The translations under genes and the position numbers were made by a program. A DNA stretch of 64,000 nucleotides from contig OZ244051.1 in assembly GCA_965215105.1 (NCBI GenBank), positions 4,866,896 through 4,930,895 on the forward strand, in the 5' to 3' direction. How positions within the stretch are numbered: position 1 is the first letter of the stretch; every line of letters starts with the position of its first letter. This DNA comes from Vicinamibacterales bacterium. GTDB taxonomy: Bacteria > Acidobacteriota > Vicinamibacteria > Vicinamibacterales > UBA8438. Below the pieces are notes generated by a model. The model searched no databases. It saw only the letters and a program-made list of their open reading frames with translations, and was not told the DNA's origin. Below, in pieces: positions 63,981 through 64,000 of this stretch.

Positions 63981-64000
63981 CGGTCCTTGGTGTGCGAGGA

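Noticed and set aside
1-64000. tRNA, rRNA, tmRNA or an integrase/att site marking the island boundary.
   Set aside because: Scanning the gene-free stretches revealed no T-loop-like GGTTCGAATCC-type motif, no rRNA-like sequence and no tyrosine or serine recombinase ORF. Absence by eye is not proof; tRNAscan/Infernal should confirm it.

Overview
GC-rich bacterial chromosomal segment (by eye, about two-thirds G+C or more). All calls come from reading the sequence and ORF translations; no searches were run.

Left third:
- an ECF sigma / anti-sigma pair
- a PlsC-type acyltransferase
- a small-protein/PIN pair
- a minus-strand histidine operon (hisI-G-D-B-H-F-A plus a methyltransferase), preceded by a strong intrinsic terminator and a His-rich mini-ORF
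- a cytochrome b / molybdo-oxidoreductase pair
- a large DUF5916-like envelope protein
- a YbdK-type ligase
- an Lrp-aminotransferase-HppD cluster

Centre (about 23.3-51.6 kb): a complete BREX type 2 / Pgl gene set on the minus strand (pglW, pglX, pglY, pglZ, brxD, brxHI), heavily remodelled:
- pglX is split by a 1286-bp IS4-family element with a 9-bp target duplication.
- Two vapBC pairs and an orphan nucleotidyltransferase sit between BREX genes.
- The block of Fic gene plus pglW 3' end is segmentally duplicated around pglW.
- A lower-GC plus-strand cassette between pglX and pglW encodes an XRE repressor, an ImmA/IrrE peptidase, a YjzC-like protein, a beta-grasp ubiquitin-like protein, a ThiF/E1-like enzyme and a small HPS...C E2-like protein. 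This is my top candidate for a poorly described conjugation-type defence module.

Right third: a Mo-responsive regulator with modABC, DUF433/DUF5615 and Uma2 genes, a TauD dioxygenase, an esterase, an anion permease, SixA and an aromatic amino-acid decarboxylase.

A recurrent oddity is locus-specific 48-99 bp tandem duplications sitting exactly on operon gene junctions. I recognised no rRNA, tRNA or CRISPR array.
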